Part shown: positions 50,717 to 61,697 of the stretch, piece after piece
Numbering within the stretch: the first letter of the stretch is position 1
Layout of the letters: every line of letters starts with the position of its first letter
NCBI GenBank assembly: GCA_958296135.2
Contig: CATQHZ020000001.1
Span: 352,001 to 416,000 of the forward strand
Direction: 5' to 3'
Origin: an uncultured Poribacteria bacterium
Lineage (GTDB): Bacteria; Poribacteria; WGA-4E; WGA-3G
DNA length: 64,000 nucleotides
Notes under the pieces: model-generated
Databases searched by the model: none
Seen by the model: only the letters and a program-made list of their open reading frames with translations
Told to the model about the DNA's origin: nothing
Made by a program: the position numbers and the translations under genes

Positions 50717-51875
50717 CTTCTTCCTCCATGTGCGTATCCGTATTGTCAGCCGCTGGCGCATCTTCCTCGTCGGTTTGCGTTTCATCGGCTGCTTCGAGGG
50801 TTTCCTCTTCCAACTCGGTATTATCTGACGTTTCGTCCGCTTCGGGAGCATCTTCGTCTTCGTCTTCGTCTTCGTCCGCGTTATCAAGCGTCATGCCCAA
50901 GTAGAGTCCCATGCTGTCGAGCTGGTCCGTGATTTCCTTTAGTGAGGTTCTGCCGAAATTCTTATATTCCAGCATATCCTTCTCTTCTTTTGAAACCAGT
51001 TCGCGGATGGTTCTGATTCCGGCGGTTTTGAGGCAGTTTGCGGCTCTCACGGAGAGTTCCAGATCCGTGACCGGTTTGGAGAGGTGTCTATCTAGCCGCT
51101 GTCTCCATTCGTCAATTTCCGGTTCCTCCTCAACATACGACTCATCAAACTCGGTAAACAGCTGGAGTTGTTCGAGCAAGATTTCAGAGGCACGCGTTAC
51201 CGCCTCCTTAGGCGTAATGCTTGCATCTGTCCAGACTTCTAGGTTGAGCCGGTCAAAGTTCGTCATATCCCCGACACGGGTTTCGTCAACCCAGAAATTG
51301 ACTTTCTCAACAGGCGAGAACTTCGCGTCAACCGGAATGAACCCGATGGCGTGTTTTGCGGGTTGGTGCTCCTCTGCGAGGGAGTAGCCGCGCCCGGTCT
51401 GGACACGAATCCTCATCTCCACCCCGTCGCATTTGTCAAGCGTCGCGATATGCTGGTCCGGATTGATAATCTCAACGAGGGCATTCGGACGGATATCCGC
51501 TGCCGTTAACTCACCCGAGCCCTCGGCAGTCAGCAGCAACGTCATCAATTCATCTGTCTCCAGTCGGAACCGAAGTTCTTTGAGATTGAGGATGATCTGA
51601 ACGACATCTTCCTTCACACCGGGAATGGTGGCGTATTCGTGTGGCACGGACCGGACGACTTTTTCCCCATCCTCTTCCTTCGACACCTGGTCGATCTGGA
51701 CAGCAGTGATAGCGGCTCCTTTAATTGAAGAAAGGAGGACTCGGCGGAGCGAATTGCCGAGGGTAGTTCCAAATCCGCGCTCAAAAGGTTCAGCCGTATA
51801 CTTTGCATAATTCGGCCGTAAGGACTCTGTGTCCGTTAGCAGCCGCTCCGGTATCGTTAGCTCGGACCTTATCAT
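50706..51875 (-). CDS. rpoA: RNA polymerase alpha subunit with acidic tail
   Basis: [23 protein letters not shown]; [11 protein letters not shown]; NFGRTSL. Confidence 0.98.
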   Translation of the reverse strand: MIRSELTIPERLLTDTESLRPNYAKYTAEPFERGFGTTLGNSLRRVLLSSIKGAAITAVQIDQVSKEEDGEKVVRSVPHEYATIPGVKEDVVQIILNLKELRFRLETDELMTLLLTAEGSGELTAADIRPNALVEIINPDQHIATLDKCDGVEMRIRVQTGRGYSLAEEHQPAKHAIGFIPVDAKFSPVEKVNFWVDETRVGDMTNFDRLNLEVWTDASITPKEAVTRASEILLEQLQLFTEFDESYVEEEPEIDEWRQRLDRHLSKPVTDLELSVRAANCLKTAGIRTIRELVSKEEKDMLEYKNFGRTSLKEITDQLDSMGLYLGMTLDNADEDEDEDEDAPEADETSDNTELEEETLEAADETQTDEEDAPAADNTDTHMEEEDAS

Positions 51876-51995
51876 CAATTTCCTCCTATAGAAGTGGGGT
51901 GGTTGTGTGGCCCGAAGGGAGTATCAGTCTGCCGCGGTTACATCGAGACATACGCGGCTCGCGCGCCGGGACTCCCCTTGGGCCAGACAGAAAAA

Positions 51996-52628
51996 CTATC
52001 TGGAGTAAAGCTCAATGATGAGCTGTGTTTCAAGCTCCATTGCAATCTGCTCGACGATGGGGGCACCCTGCACGCGGCCTTGGGCTTTATCGGTGTCAAT
52101 GTCCAGCCATTCAGGCGCGCCGCGTTGCTTCGCGTAATCCAACGCCTCCTGAATCGTGGCGAGGTTGCGGCTCCGCTCGCGCGGCGCGATAACATCGCCT
52201 ACCTGCACGATGTAGGATGGAATATTCACCCGCTTGCCGTTGACAGTGAAGTGGTTGTGCTTCACCAACTGGCGTGCCTGTTTGCGGGATGTTGCAAACC
52301 CGAGCCGGTAGACAACATTATCCAAACGGCGTTCCAGGAGACTAATCAAATTCTCGCCAGTGATACCGGTTTGGCGCGCGGCTTTGAAGTAATAGTTGCG
52401 AAACTGCTTCTCGAAAATGCCATAGGTGCGCTTCGCCTTCTGCTTCGCGCGCAATTGCCGCCGAAAATCACCCCGAACGCGACTCGGGGGTTTTTGCCCA
52501 TGCTCGCCCGGCGGGTAACTGCGACGCTCAAAGGCACATTTCGGACCGTTGCAACGGTGCCCCTTTAAAAAGAGCTTCTCGCCCTCCCGCCGACATAATT
52601 TACAGACAGAGTCTAAATATCTACTCAT
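51996..52628 (-). CDS. rpsD: 30S ribosomal protein S4
   Basis: CRREGEKLFLKG; LERRLDNVVYRLG. Confidence 0.98.
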   Translation of the reverse strand: MSRYLDSVCKLCRREGEKLFLKGHRCNGPKCAFERRSYPPGEHGQKPPSRVRGDFRRQLRAKQKAKRTYGIFEKQFRNYYFKAARQTGITGENLISLLERRLDNVVYRLGFATSRKQARQLVKHNHFTVNGKRVNIPSYIVQVGDVIAPRERSRNLATIQEALDYAKQRGAPEWLDIDTDKAQGRVQGAPIVEQIAMELETQLIIELYSR

Positions 52629-52646
52629 TGCTTCCTCGTTTAAAGG

Positions 52647-53018
52647 TTAAACGCGTCGTCTCTTCGGCGGACGACAACCGTTGTGAGGGATAGGTGTCAC
52701 GTCCTTCATCGCGGTAATCTGAAGTCCCGCCTGCGCGAGTGCCCGGATGGAAGACTCGCGCCCAGAACCCGGGCCTTTGACTCGCACTTCGACGCGCTTC
52801 ATACCGTGGTCCATCGCTCTTCGGGCACAAGCCTCCGCCGTCTGCTGTGCAGCAAACGGGGTAGACTTCCGGGACCCTGTGAATGTCATGCCGGCATTCG
52901 CCCAAGCGACGGTGTTGCCGTTTAAGTCCGTGATCGTGATAATCGTGTTATTGAAGGTAGCCTGGATATGGGCGATACCCTCAGGCACGTTCTTGCGTTC
53001 TCTTCTTCTTCCACGCAA
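52647..53018 (-). CDS. rpsK: 30S ribosomal protein S11 (TTG start)
   Basis: [12 protein letters not shown]; RKSTPFAAQ; [18 protein letters not shown]. Confidence 0.97.
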   Translation of the reverse strand: MRGRRRERKNVPEGIAHIQATFNNTIITITDLNGNTVAWANAGMTFTGSRKSTPFAAQQTAEACARRAMDHGMKRVEVRVKGPGSGRESSIRALAQAGLQITAMKDVTPIPHNGCRPPKRRRV

Positions 53019-53039
53019 AACCGTTTCTCCTTTAAGATT

Positions 53040-53269
53040 AGGACTTGCGCAGGGCTCCTTCCGGAGGCGTGCTTTATACCAAACGACATCGATTTGTCTC
53101 GTCTCTGTAGGTGGAGATTCGCCCGCTCTTGACCCGCATGTAATAGAGGAAATAGAGCTGAGCTCTTCCCAGATTAGAGTTGGCATCGGGCGATTCCGAA
53201 CTATAGAGGTTAATTTGGTATTACGAAGCGCGCCTACTGGACAAGCACTAGGAAATTTGCGTAAGTCCT
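53040..53269. mobile_element. nested MITE/REP element between rpsM and rpsK
   Basis: TIRs AGGACTTGCGCA / TGCGTAAGTCCT enclosing three further inverted pairs. Confidence 0.7.
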
Positions 53270-53338
53270 GAAGATGTCCTGCATGGCCCGCAGGGAAACG
53301 CAACCAGCGTTCCCTGCGGGCCACACAACAGCGCAAAA

Positions 53339-53734
53339 TTAGCCGCCCTTGCGTGCTGCCTCTTTCGCTTTTCTGCCGACGGAAATCGTGCGCGCCCTTC
53401 CTTTGCGCGTGCGCGCATTCGTATTGGTGCGCTGGCCGCGAACAGGTAACTGCCGGCGGTGCCGTAAGCCACGATAACTGTTCACATCCATCAGCCGCTT
53501 AATGTTCTGGTCTACCTCGCGGCGCAAGTCACCCTCGACTTTGTATTCTTGGGTGATTTTCGTCCGGAGTTGATTCACCTCGTTTTCCGCGAGGGTGTCA
53601 ACCTTCTTCGCCGGGTCGATCTCTAAATCGCTGACAATCTGCGATGCCGTGTAACGGCCAACGCCGTAAATCGCGGTGAGTGCGATATCCACCCGCTTGT
53701 TACGAGGTAAATCCACACCTGCAATCCTTGCCAT
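53339..53734 (-). CDS. rpsM: 30S ribosomal protein S13
   Basis: [14 protein letters not shown]; LPVRGQRT. Confidence 0.98.
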   Translation of the reverse strand: MARIAGVDLPRNKRVDIALTAIYGVGRYTASQIVSDLEIDPAKKVDTLAENEVNQLRTKITQEYKVEGDLRREVDQNIKRLMDVNSYRGLRHRRQLPVRGQRTNTNARTRKGRARTISVGRKAKEAARKGG

Positions 53735-53758
53735 GGTTTTCCTCCTTGTGCTGCGGGA

Positions 53759-53875
53759 TTAACCCTGCCGTTGTTTGTGCCTCGGGTTGGAAGGACAAAT
53801 CACGCGGACAACCCCTTTGCGTTTAATGACTTTACACCGGTTACACATCTTCTTAACAGAAGGTCTGACTTTCAT
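53759..53875 (-). CDS. rpmJ: 50S ribosomal protein L36 (not in ORF track)
   Basis: [38 protein letters not shown]. Confidence 0.97.
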   Translation of the reverse strand: MKVRPSVKKMCNRCKVIKRKGVVRVICPSNPRHKQRQG

Positions 53876-54037
53876 GTTTTTCCTCCATGGGCCTGCCGCA
53901 GCAACGCGCCCTAGGTGCGCGGTTACAAACAGCGTCTACGAGAAGCCCTGTAGGGCAAGTTCGCCGGATTCTGACCTGTTTGCGCGCCGGCGAGCTCATC
54001 GCAAACGACAGCATCGGGACATCTAAATGTCTCTGAT

Positions 54038-55369
54038 TCACCGTCGTCGGCCTTTGAGTTTCCGATCTTTCAGGAACCCTTCATAGTGGCGCATCGTTAA
54101 GTAGGATTCGATCTGCGACATCGTATCCAACACCACGCCGACAACAATCAAGACAGAAGCACCTTCCACCATGTTGCCGACACCCAAGCGGCTCGTGATG
54201 ATAATCGGAATCACGGAGATGGCCGCGAGGAACAACGCGCCGGGCAGCGTGATGCGCGTCAACGTCGTGTTGATATAGTCAGCCGTTTGCTTTCCCGGAC
54301 GGATGCCGGGGATAAATCCGCCATATTTCTGCAAATCTTCCGCCATCTGAATCGGGTTGATTTGCACCGCTGTGTAGAAGTAGGTGAACCCGATAATCAG
54401 CAACGCGTAAACGATGAGATATAAGGGTGAGCCCGCGCTAAAAAGCGCGTTCGCGCCCACTACCCAGCCCCAGTCGCGAGGCAGAAAGTTAAGGACGGTT
54501 GTCGGGAACTGAATCAGCGTTACGGCGAAAATAATCGGAATCATGCCCGCGGCGTTAACACGGAGCGGGAGGTGCGTCGTTTGCCCACCGAACACTCGGC
54601 GTCCACGAATCTGCCGCCCGTATTGCACCGGAATCTTACGGACAGAAAGCGTGATAAAGACAGTCCCCATCACAGCGATAATAACAAGCCCGACTAGTAG
54701 CACCAACTGCGGAATCCCGAAGCCCGGGTTTGTCAGCAAGTTGTTGAAAACAGTCGAGATGCCCCCCGGTAATCCTGCGATGATGCCGACGGTGATAATC
54801 AACGAAATGCCTTGGCCGATGCCGCGTTCGGTAATCTGTTCGCCGAGCCACATCACAAAAGAGGTGCCGGCTGTCAAGGTGAGGACTACCAGGAAGTGCC
54901 ACCAGAGAGTCGGGTTCGTCACTACCTGGCCTGCCTGCCCGGTGATTTGCTCCGGATTCCGCAAGACGATGCTAATCGTTATCCCCTGAATGATACTGAG
55001 GAGAACCGTTCCATAGCGGGTGTATTGCGTAATCTTCTTCCTGCCATCGGGTTCTTTGGAGAGTTTCTCCAAGGATGGCACGATGACAGCGAGGAGCTGC
55101 ATGATGATTGAGGCACTGATGTACGGCTGGATGCCGAGCGCGAAAATCGTCATCTGGCTGAAGGCACCGCCGGAGAACAGATCGATGAATCCGATGACGT
55201 TGCCGCCGCGTTCCATGAGTTGCCGGAAAAACGCCTCGAGTGCCTGGTCATCGATGCCGGGGAGCGTAATGTGGGCACCGAGGCGATAAATAATCAAGAA
55301 CAACGCCGTAAAAATGATGCGCTTCCGGAGTTCCGGAATCTTAAAAGCGTTTTGAAATGCCTTAATCAC
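54038..55369 (-). CDS. secY: preprotein translocase SecY
   Basis: IFALGIQPYISASII; WLGEQITERGIG; FIPGIRPG. Confidence 0.99.
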   Translation of the reverse strand: MIKAFQNAFKIPELRKRIIFTALFLIIYRLGAHITLPGIDDQALEAFFRQLMERGGNVIGFIDLFSGGAFSQMTIFALGIQPYISASIIMQLLAVIVPSLEKLSKEPDGRKKITQYTRYGTVLLSIIQGITISIVLRNPEQITGQAGQVVTNPTLWWHFLVVLTLTAGTSFVMWLGEQITERGIGQGISLIITVGIIAGLPGGISTVFNNLLTNPGFGIPQLVLLVGLVIIAVMGTVFITLSVRKIPVQYGRQIRGRRVFGGQTTHLPLRVNAAGMIPIIFAVTLIQFPTTVLNFLPRDWGWVVGANALFSAGSPLYLIVYALLIIGFTYFYTAVQINPIQMAEDLQKYGGFIPGIRPGKQTADYINTTLTRITLPGALFLAAISVIPIIITSRLGVGNMVEGASVLIVVGVVLDTMSQIESYLTMRHYEGFLKDRKLKGRRR

Positions 55370-55816
55370 TTAAATCACCTCAGCAGTGCCGCCCTTGGCC
55401 TCGATTTTCTCAATTGCCGACTTTGAGAAGCGATGGGCTTGGACTTTCAGCTGTTTCTCCAGTTCGCCTTCTCCCAGTATCTTTATCCGCGCGTTTTTAC
55501 GTTTGACGATGCCCGCTTCACGCAGCGTGGCAGGGCTCACAACGGCCTCAGCCTCAAATAGATTAAGGGTTTGGACGTTGACAATGTCGTATTCAAACCG
55601 TTTATGGGCGGTTCGCCCCGGCCCGCGTTTGGGGAGCCGGCGCACCAGAGGCATCTGTCCCCCTTCAAACCATGCGGGGATTGAGCTGCCGGAACGGGAT
55701 TTTTGTCCCTTATGCCCGCGGCCGCAGGTACCGCCCCAGCCGGAGCCATTGCCTCGGCCAACTCGTTTTCGGGTTCGGGTTGCTCCGGGCGCGGGCTTAA
55801 GTTCATTCAATTTCAT
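55370..55816 (-). CDS. rplO: 50S ribosomal protein L15
   Basis: [12 protein letters not shown]; FEGGQMPL. Confidence 0.98.
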   Translation of the reverse strand: MKLNELKPAPGATRTRKRVGRGNGSGWGGTCGRGHKGQKSRSGSSIPAWFEGGQMPLVRRLPKRGPGRTAHKRFEYDIVNVQTLNLFEAEAVVSPATLREAGIVKRKNARIKILGEGELEKQLKVQAHRFSKSAIEKIEAKGGTAEVI

Positions 55817-56035
55817 CAGGATTCACTCCATTCACAAGAAGCGTTTAACCAAATCACGCTAAACTATCCGGTGTCTTTATGGTGAGACCGGGAGAGCTCG
55901 AACTGATAACGCCTTTGTATGAACAAATTACGGTTAGAGGGCTTCTGAATCTGTGCGTGAGTTATTCCACTTTGAGGGGCTCTCACGTAACCACCGCAAA
56001 AGCCGCATCAAACTCGGTAGCGGCTCAAAAACCGG

Positions 56036-56548
56036 TTAACCTCTGTGCAGCAGTTCCTCCACAGTCTTGCCACGTAGCCGTGCCACTTCGTTCACATCCT
56101 TGAGGTTTTTCAGTCCAAGCATCGTGGCTTCAGCAATGTTTTTCACGTTCCGCGAGGAAAGGCACTTCGTCAGCGCGTCGCGAACGCCTGCAAATTCCAG
56201 GATAGCGCGCGTAGCGTGGCCGGCGATAATGCCGGTGCCGGGGCTCGCCGGTTTCAGCAAAACTTTGGCGGCTTTGAATTCGCTGATGATTTCGTGAGGG
56301 AGCGTGCCATCAACGAGTGGCACCCGGATCAGGTTTTTCCGCGCGTCAACGAGGCTTTTCTGGATAGCACCAGCCACCTCACTCGCGCTGCCAAACCCGA
56401 TACCCACGATACCGGCTCGATTTCCGACTACCGAGAGCGTATTGAAACTCGGTGTCCGCCGGCCCTTGCCGACACGCATGACTCGGTTGATTGAGATGGC
56501 ACGTTCCTCAAATTCAAATTCATCAGGGTTAATTTTATCTTTCAGCAA
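56036..56548 (-). CDS. rpsE: 30S ribosomal protein S5 (probable TTG start)
   Basis: INRV; LKPASPGTGIIAG; EVARLRGK. Confidence 0.96.
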   Translation of the reverse strand: MLKDKINPDEFEFEERAISINRVMRVGKGRRTPSFNTLSVVGNRAGIVGIGFGSASEVAGAIQKSLVDARKNLIRVPLVDGTLPHEIISEFKAAKVLLKPASPGTGIIAGHATRAILEFAGVRDALTKCLSSRNVKNIAEATMLGLKNLKDVNEVARLRGKTVEELLHRG

Positions 56549-56605
56549 AAAATTCTCCTTGAAGTCTGTCCCTGCTTCGGCGGGCACAACTGTTCGGCTG
56601 GGCGG

Positions 56606-56974
56606 CTAGAACTTAAGTCCCGCCGCCCTTGCGGCTTCGGCGAGTGCTTTGACGCGCCCGTGGTAGAGATGGCCGCCCCGGTCAAAGACAACTACCTCAA
56701 TCTCCCGCTGCTTGGCTTTCTCTGCGATTAGCGCGCCGACACGCTGCGCTGCATCCACATTTCCGCCGTTTGAAAGCGTCCCCTTCAACTCCGGCGACAA
56801 ACTAGATACTGCCACAAGCGTTTCACCAAGTTCGTCGTTAATGAGCTGCGCGTAGATATGTTTCAGGCTCCGAAAAACGGAGAGCCTCGGGCGTTGGCTG
56901 CTGCCGCTGACCTTCTGGCGGATGCGTTTTCGTCGCCTTGCATGACTTACGCGCTTCTTTTTCGTAGATTCCAT
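56606..56974 (-). CDS. rplR: 50S ribosomal protein L18
   Basis: RPRLSVFRS; VVFDRGG.LYHGRV. Confidence 0.98.
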   Translation of the reverse strand: MESTKKKRVSHARRRKRIRQKVSGSSQRPRLSVFRSLKHIYAQLINDELGETLVAVSSLSPELKGTLSNGGNVDAAQRVGALIAEKAKQREIEVVVFDRGGHLYHGRVKALAEAARAAGLKF

Positions 56975-56975
56975 A

Positions 56976-57542
56976 TTACGTCGCAGCCTTCCCTTCTCTA
57001 TCCCGCACGCGTTCGCCATCGTAGCGAATGCCCTTACACGGTTTGTAGATTTCAGGCTTCTTAATCTGGCGGATAGAAGCGGCTACCTGTCCGACGAGTT
57101 GCTTATCGATGCCACTCACCAGAACCGGCGTGTGCGCCTGCCCATCCACCGTCTCCGTCGGTTCAACGCTGAGCGTTATCCCCGCCGGCGGCGAATAGAA
57201 CACGGAATGCGAATACCCGACATCAAGAACCAGCTCTTTCTGGCGGTTGATTTCGGCACGGTAACCCGTGCCAACCACTCGGAGCTTTTTCTGAAAGCCA
57301 TCGGAAACTCCCGCCACCATATTGGCGATGAGGCTTCGGGCTAATCCGTGCAGAGCCTTGTCTTGTTTCTGATCACTCGTCCTTTGGACGGTTATAACGT
57401 TTGTCTCAAGCGTCACATCGATTCCGCGCGGCAGCCGCCAATCGAGGCTACCCTTCGGTCCTTCCACGTGCACATCGTCGTTGTTCAAAACCACCTGCAC
57501 TTTGTTCGGAATCGGGATCGGTTTTTGTCCAATACGTGACAT
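56976..57542 (-). CDS. rplF: 50S ribosomal protein L6
   Basis: MSRIGQKPI; GIDKQLVGQ; KGIRY. Confidence 0.98.
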   Translation of the reverse strand: MSRIGQKPIPIPNKVQVVLNNDDVHVEGPKGSLDWRLPRGIDVTLETNVITVQRTSDQKQDKALHGLARSLIANMVAGVSDGFQKKLRVVGTGYRAEINRQKELVLDVGYSHSVFYSPPAGITLSVEPTETVDGQAHTPVLVSGIDKQLVGQVAASIRQIKKPEIYKPCKGIRYDGERVRDREGKAAT

Positions 57543-57610
57543 GCGTTTTCTCCCAATTCAATCAGAGCCCAGGTCCCACGTTTGTGCGTGGAACCCAGCC
57601 CATGGCCGTT

Positions 57611-58012
57611 CTACCAGACATGGCAGAGGACTTCACCACCGATTTTGGCACTTCGGCACTGTGGTGACGTTTTCAACCCCTGCGACGTTGACAGAATAGC
57701 CACGCCGAGGTCACCGTAAACCCGCGGCAAATTACCGGCCTTGACGTAGACACGCCGGCCCGGTTTGCTAATCCGCTTGAGGTTCGTGATAACCTTCTCT
57801 TTTTTCGTATTACCGTATTTCAAGTAGATTCTTAAAATCCCTTGTTTTCCGTCATCAATTAAACGATAATTGTTGACGAAACCTTCTTCAGACAAGACGC
57901 GGGCAATCTCCGCCTTGACTTTCGAGGAAGGGATTTCAACGCGTTCATGCCCAGCCATATTGGCATTGCGGACACGAGTTAACATATCTGCAATCGGATC
58001 GGTCATCGACAT
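57611..58012 (-). CDS. rpsH: 30S ribosomal protein S8
   Basis: [13 protein letters not shown]; [10 protein letters not shown]. Confidence 0.98.
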   Translation of the reverse strand: MSMTDPIADMLTRVRNANMAGHERVEIPSSKVKAEIARVLSEEGFVNNYRLIDDGKQGILRIYLKYGNTKKEKVITNLKRISKPGRRVYVKAGNLPRVYGDLGVAILSTSQGLKTSPQCRSAKIGGEVLCHVW

Positions 58013-58222
58013 GAAAGATTCTCCTTATTTCGTTGAGCCAAGCCCCATCGCGATGTCTGCGTGCCGCTTTCGTCGCCGAAAGGGACTGTAGCGGTGCATC
58101 TTCTGTCCAGCGGCATTGAGTTGTTCCATATCTGTGGTTTGAGCTCGCCTGAGCTCAAACAGAGCATAATCAGGTGCCCTGCACTACAGAAGGGGCGTCG
58201 CGATGCGCGCTGTCGCTCTTTT

Positions 58223-58408
58223 CTACCAGCTCGCTTTTCGGACACCGGGGATTTTTCCGGCGCGGGCATTCTGGCGAAAACAGATACGACACATCTCAAA
58301 CTTCCGCAGGTAACCGCGGGCTCTGCCGCAAATTTTGCAGCGGCTGTAGGCTCGCGTGCTAAACCGCGGCGTTCTTTTCTGCCTGGCAATCCAAGATTTG
58401 CTTGCCAA
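58223..58408 (-). CDS. rpsN: 30S ribosomal protein S14 type Z
   Basis: RCKICGR...MCRICFR...IPGVRKASW. Confidence 0.97.
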   Translation of the reverse strand: MASKSWIARQKRTPRFSTRAYSRCKICGRARGYLRKFEMCRICFRQNARAGKIPGVRKASW

Positions 58409-58427
58409 TTCAGGTACTCCTTTTCAG

Positions 58428-58967
58428 TTAGCGTCGGAACGGCATGCCTAGCAAGCGTAGCAACTCGCGCCCTTCTTCATCGGTTGGGGCGGTGGTAACG
58501 ACGGTTACATTCAAGCCGCGAATATCATTCACCCGGTCGTAATCGATTTCCGGGAAGATTAGCTGTTCAGTTAAGCCGAGGGAGTAGTTCCCGCGCCCGT
58601 CGAAAGAGTCAGGCGAGACACCGCGGAAGTCCCGAATCTGCGGCAGCACGACGTTGACAAGCCGGTTGAAAAACTCATACATCCGCTGCTGTCTTAAGGT
58701 GACTTTGCATCCGATCGCCATGCCTTCTCTGACTTTAAAGGCCGAGACGGACTTTTTGGCGTGCGTGATGACTGCGCGCTGTCCGGCAATCAGTGTCAGT
58801 TCTTCGACTGCCTCTTCCAAGGCCTTCGGGTTCTGAATCGCCTCGCCGACACCGATATTCAGCGTAATTTTGTCCAGTTTTGGAATCCGCATCACGTTTT
58901 TGTAGTCAAAATGCTTTTGCAATGCGGGGACAACGTCCGTCTGATAAAATGCTTTAAATGGGCTCAT
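58428..58967 (-). CDS. rplE: 50S ribosomal protein L5
   Basis: IGCKVTLR; FDGRGNY; LIFPEI. Confidence 0.98.
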   Translation of the reverse strand: MSPFKAFYQTDVVPALQKHFDYKNVMRIPKLDKITLNIGVGEAIQNPKALEEAVEELTLIAGQRAVITHAKKSVSAFKVREGMAIGCKVTLRQQRMYEFFNRLVNVVLPQIRDFRGVSPDSFDGRGNYSLGLTEQLIFPEIDYDRVNDIRGLNVTVVTTAPTDEEGRELLRLLGMPFRR

Positions 58968-59096
58968 CAGCCTTGTATCCTCTACGTTCCACTGTCGGGT
59001 TGAAGTGGCGGGAATCGAGACAAGCATCTGCACTGAGATGTGCCCTATCGGGCAACTGCCTCCGAAACGCCACAATGCTGGCTCTCCTTAGAGAGC

Positions 59097-59330
59097 CTAA
59101 CTTTCAACCCGCTTGAGGTTAGAAACATGAATGGTGCCTTCGCGTTCCACCACGCCGCCCTGCCCTGTTTGGCTGGGCCGGAGGTGACGCTTGATCATGT
59201 GGACTCCCTCAACGATGGCTCGGTTTTTCTCTGGAAACACTTCCAAAACCACGCCGCGTTCGCCTCTATTTTTGCCGCTGAGAACGAGCACCATATCATC
59301 TTTCTTGATATGCAGCTTTCTCTGTGCCAC
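59097..59330 (-). CDS. rplX: 50S ribosomal protein L24 (short, 77 aa)
   Basis: IKKDDMVLVLSGKNRG; EGTIHVSN. Confidence 0.95.
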   Translation of the reverse strand: MAQRKLHIKKDDMVLVLSGKNRGERGVVLEVFPEKNRAIVEGVHMIKRHLRPSQTGQGGVVEREGTIHVSNLKRVES

Positions 59331-59340
59331 AATTATCCTC

Positions 59341-59709
59341 CTAAATCACTTCGGGAGCGAGTGAGACGATTCGGGTGAACGCTTTTTCTCTCAGTTCGCG
59401 CGCGACCGGTCCGAAAATTCGGGTGCCGCGCGGTTGGTTCTGCGCATCGATGAGCACAGCGGCGTTCTGATCGAATTTGATGTAGGAACCGTCTGCGCGT
59501 CGATATTCTTTGACGGTGCGCACCACCACGGCCCGGACGACTTCGCCCGCCTTCACCTGCGTATTGGGTGTTGCTTCTTTGATGCTCGCGACAATCACGT
59601 CACCGACGCGTGCGTAGTGCCGGCGTGTGCCGCCGAGCACGCTGATGCACATCAGTTGTCTGGCTCCCGTGTTATCCGCGCAGGTTAATCGAGTGTATGA
59701 TTGAACCAT
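59341..59709 (-). CDS. rplN: 50S ribosomal protein L14
   Basis: ADNTGA; [13 protein letters not shown]; SLAPEV. Confidence 0.98.
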   Translation of the reverse strand: MVQSYTRLTCADNTGARQLMCISVLGGTRRHYARVGDVIVASIKEATPNTQVKAGEVVRAVVVRTVKEYRRADGSYIKFDQNAAVLIDAQNQPRGTRIFGPVARELREKAFTRIVSLAPEVI

Positions 59710-59781
59710 GTTCGTTTTTTTCGTCACTGCACTGGAGAGAGCGGCCTCTCAGCTGGCAGCACGAAAACCCTTTCTTCGCAA

Positions 59782-60057
59782 TTAATCGCTCGCGGGTTGC
59801 ACTGTGTTGACTACGGCCTGAACCCGCCACCGTTTCTGCCGACTCAGCGGCCGGGTTTCAATAACCTGCACCACGTCACCGACGTTACAACTATTCTGCT
59901 CATCGTGAGCCAGAATCTTCTTCGTCTTTCGCACCACCTTCTTGTAAAGGGGATGTTGATACCTCCGGACCAGGGCTACTGCAACCGTCTTATCCATGCT
60001 GTTGCTCATGACACGGCCCGTGCGGACTTTGCGATGTCTACGCCTTTCCTCGTTCAA
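59782..60057 (-). CDS. rpsQ: 30S ribosomal protein S17
   Basis: MDKTV; HPLYKK; ETRPLS. Confidence 0.97.
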   Translation of the reverse strand: MNEERRRHRKVRTGRVMSNSMDKTVAVALVRRYQHPLYKKVVRKTKKILAHDEQNSCNVGDVVQVIETRPLSRQKRWRVQAVVNTVQPASD

Positions 60058-60059
60058 CG

Positions 60060-60269
60060 CTATTCTCCCTGCCTTTCAAGCCCCGAGGCCCGTGCACGCA
60101 GGACAGTTTCCACGCGTGCAATATCCTTGCGGATTTTACCGACGCGAGTCGTGTCCTCTAGCTGCCCTAAGATACCGCGGAATCGCTGGTTGAACAGATT
60201 CTCTTTGAGCGATATCAGTTCACTTTGCAATTCCTCAGTCGTCTTGTTTCGTAGTTCAGCCGCTTTCAT
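60060..60269 (-). CDS. rpmC: 50S ribosomal protein L29
   Basis: MKAAELR; GQLE; RKDIARVET. Confidence 0.96.
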   Translation of the reverse strand: MKAAELRNKTTEELQSELISLKENLFNQRFRGILGQLEDTTRVGKIRKDIARVETVLRARASGLERQGE

Positions 60270-60322
60270 CTCTTCCTCCAGAGCGAACAAGCCGCGCGGC
60301 TTGTCCGCGACGCAACCTTCGT

Positions 60323-60736
60323 CTATGCATCCCGCGCAACGAATTTGGTCTTGATAGGCAATTTGTGGGCGGCACGTTCCATCGCCCCTTTTGCATCCTC
60401 AAGCGAAACGCCGCTCAATTCATACAGGATTCTGCCCGGTTTGACGACAGCCACCCAGAATTCCGGTGGGCCCTTCCGCCCACCGCCCATGCGCGTTTCT
60501 GCAGGTTTCTTGCTGACAGGCTTATGCGGGAAAATTTTAATCCAAACTTTACCGCCACGCCGAACATACCGGGTAATCGCTACCCGTGCAGACTCGATTT
60601 GGTTGCTCGTTATCCAGCCAGCTTCCATCGCTTGCAAGCCGTATTCGCCGAAGCTAATCTTTGAACCCCGAACGGGTTTGCCACGACGTTTGCCGCGGTG
60701 CACATTGCGGTGCATCACACGTTTCGGCATTAACAT
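60323..60736 (-). CDS. rplP: 50S ribosomal protein L16
   Basis: MLMPKR; QIESAR; ETRMG; KLPIKT. Confidence 0.98.
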   Translation of the reverse strand: MLMPKRVMHRNVHRGKRRGKPVRGSKISFGEYGLQAMEAGWITSNQIESARVAITRYVRRGGKVWIKIFPHKPVSKKPAETRMGGGRKGPPEFWVAVVKPGRILYELSGVSLEDAKGAMERAAHKLPIKTKFVARDA

Positions 60737-60782
60737 CTTGAATCACTCCTTTTCGCTCTTAACCGGGCGAGCCCCGTTGAAG

Positions 60783-61595
60783 TTATCCGCGCTCAGCCCG
60801 GTTCCGGTTGCGACGTGAGCGTCTGCGTCCACCACGTCCGCGTCCGCGTCCGCCCGATTCTCGGGAACGCTGCGCCTGAGTGGACTGCGGTGCGGCGCGG
60901 CGCGCACCAGCGTTTTCACGCTGCCCTGCCTGGCGGCGCGTAGGCACCTCGCCCTTCAATTTGTCTGGCACGCCGATAATCTCGCCCTTGAAAATCCAGG
61001 TTTTGACACCGATCTTCCCGTAAGTGGTATTCGCCTCGGCAAAGCCGTAGTCCACATCGGCTCTGAGCGTGTGGAGTGGCACGCGCCCCTCAATGCTGGA
61101 CTCAGTGCGTGCTATCTCGTTCCCATCCAGTCTCCCACTCACCATGATTTTAACGCCCAAGGCACCTTCCTGCATCGAAACCTGAATGTTCCGGCGCATT
61201 ACCTGCTTAAAACGGGCGCGGCGTTCCAGTTGTGTCGCGACTGCCTCGGAGACGAGTTGCGCATCCAACTCCGGCTGTTTTATCTCGGAAACGTTAATCC
61301 GAACCGGACGGCCGACGTGCCGTTCCAATTGCGCTTGGAGCTTCTCTGCCTCCACCCCGCGGCGGCCGATGACAATGCCCGGCCGGGCAGTATGGATGTT
61401 GATACTACACCGGTCGGCGACGCGTTCAACTTCAACGCGCGAGATACCGGCACGCGCCATTTCCTTTTTGACGAACTCCTGAATCTGAAAATCCTCATGG
61501 AGCCATCGCGCGTAATCCCGCTCGCTATACCACTTTGAATCCCACGTCTCAATGATTCCTAAGCGTAATCCACGCGGGTGAGTTTTTTGTCCCAC
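60783..61595 (-). CDS. rpsC: 30S ribosomal protein S3
   Basis: GQKTHP; RPGIVIG; GRVPLHTLRA. Confidence 0.98.
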   Translation of the reverse strand: MGQKTHPRGLRLGIIETWDSKWYSERDYARWLHEDFQIQEFVKKEMARAGISRVEVERVADRCSINIHTARPGIVIGRRGVEAEKLQAQLERHVGRPVRINVSEIKQPELDAQLVSEAVATQLERRARFKQVMRRNIQVSMQEGALGVKIMVSGRLDGNEIARTESSIEGRVPLHTLRADVDYGFAEANTTYGKIGVKTWIFKGEIIGVPDKLKGEVPTRRQAGQRENAGARRAAPQSTQAQRSRESGGRGRGRGGRRRSRRNRNRAERG

Positions 61596-61697
61596 GCAAA
61601 CCTCCTGTCAGACATGTGTCCCGCTCGCGTGAAGAGGTGGAGGTGGAGGGGGCCGGCGTGTATCGGCGCAAAGCCGGGCGCGAGGCTGCGCGCTCCC

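Noticed and set aside
52647-53336. Long N-terminal extensions on S11, L22, L17, L5, GlmM and Nfi given in the ORF track
   Set aside because: They run through repeats or neighbouring genes; SD-supported starts lie at the conserved N-termini
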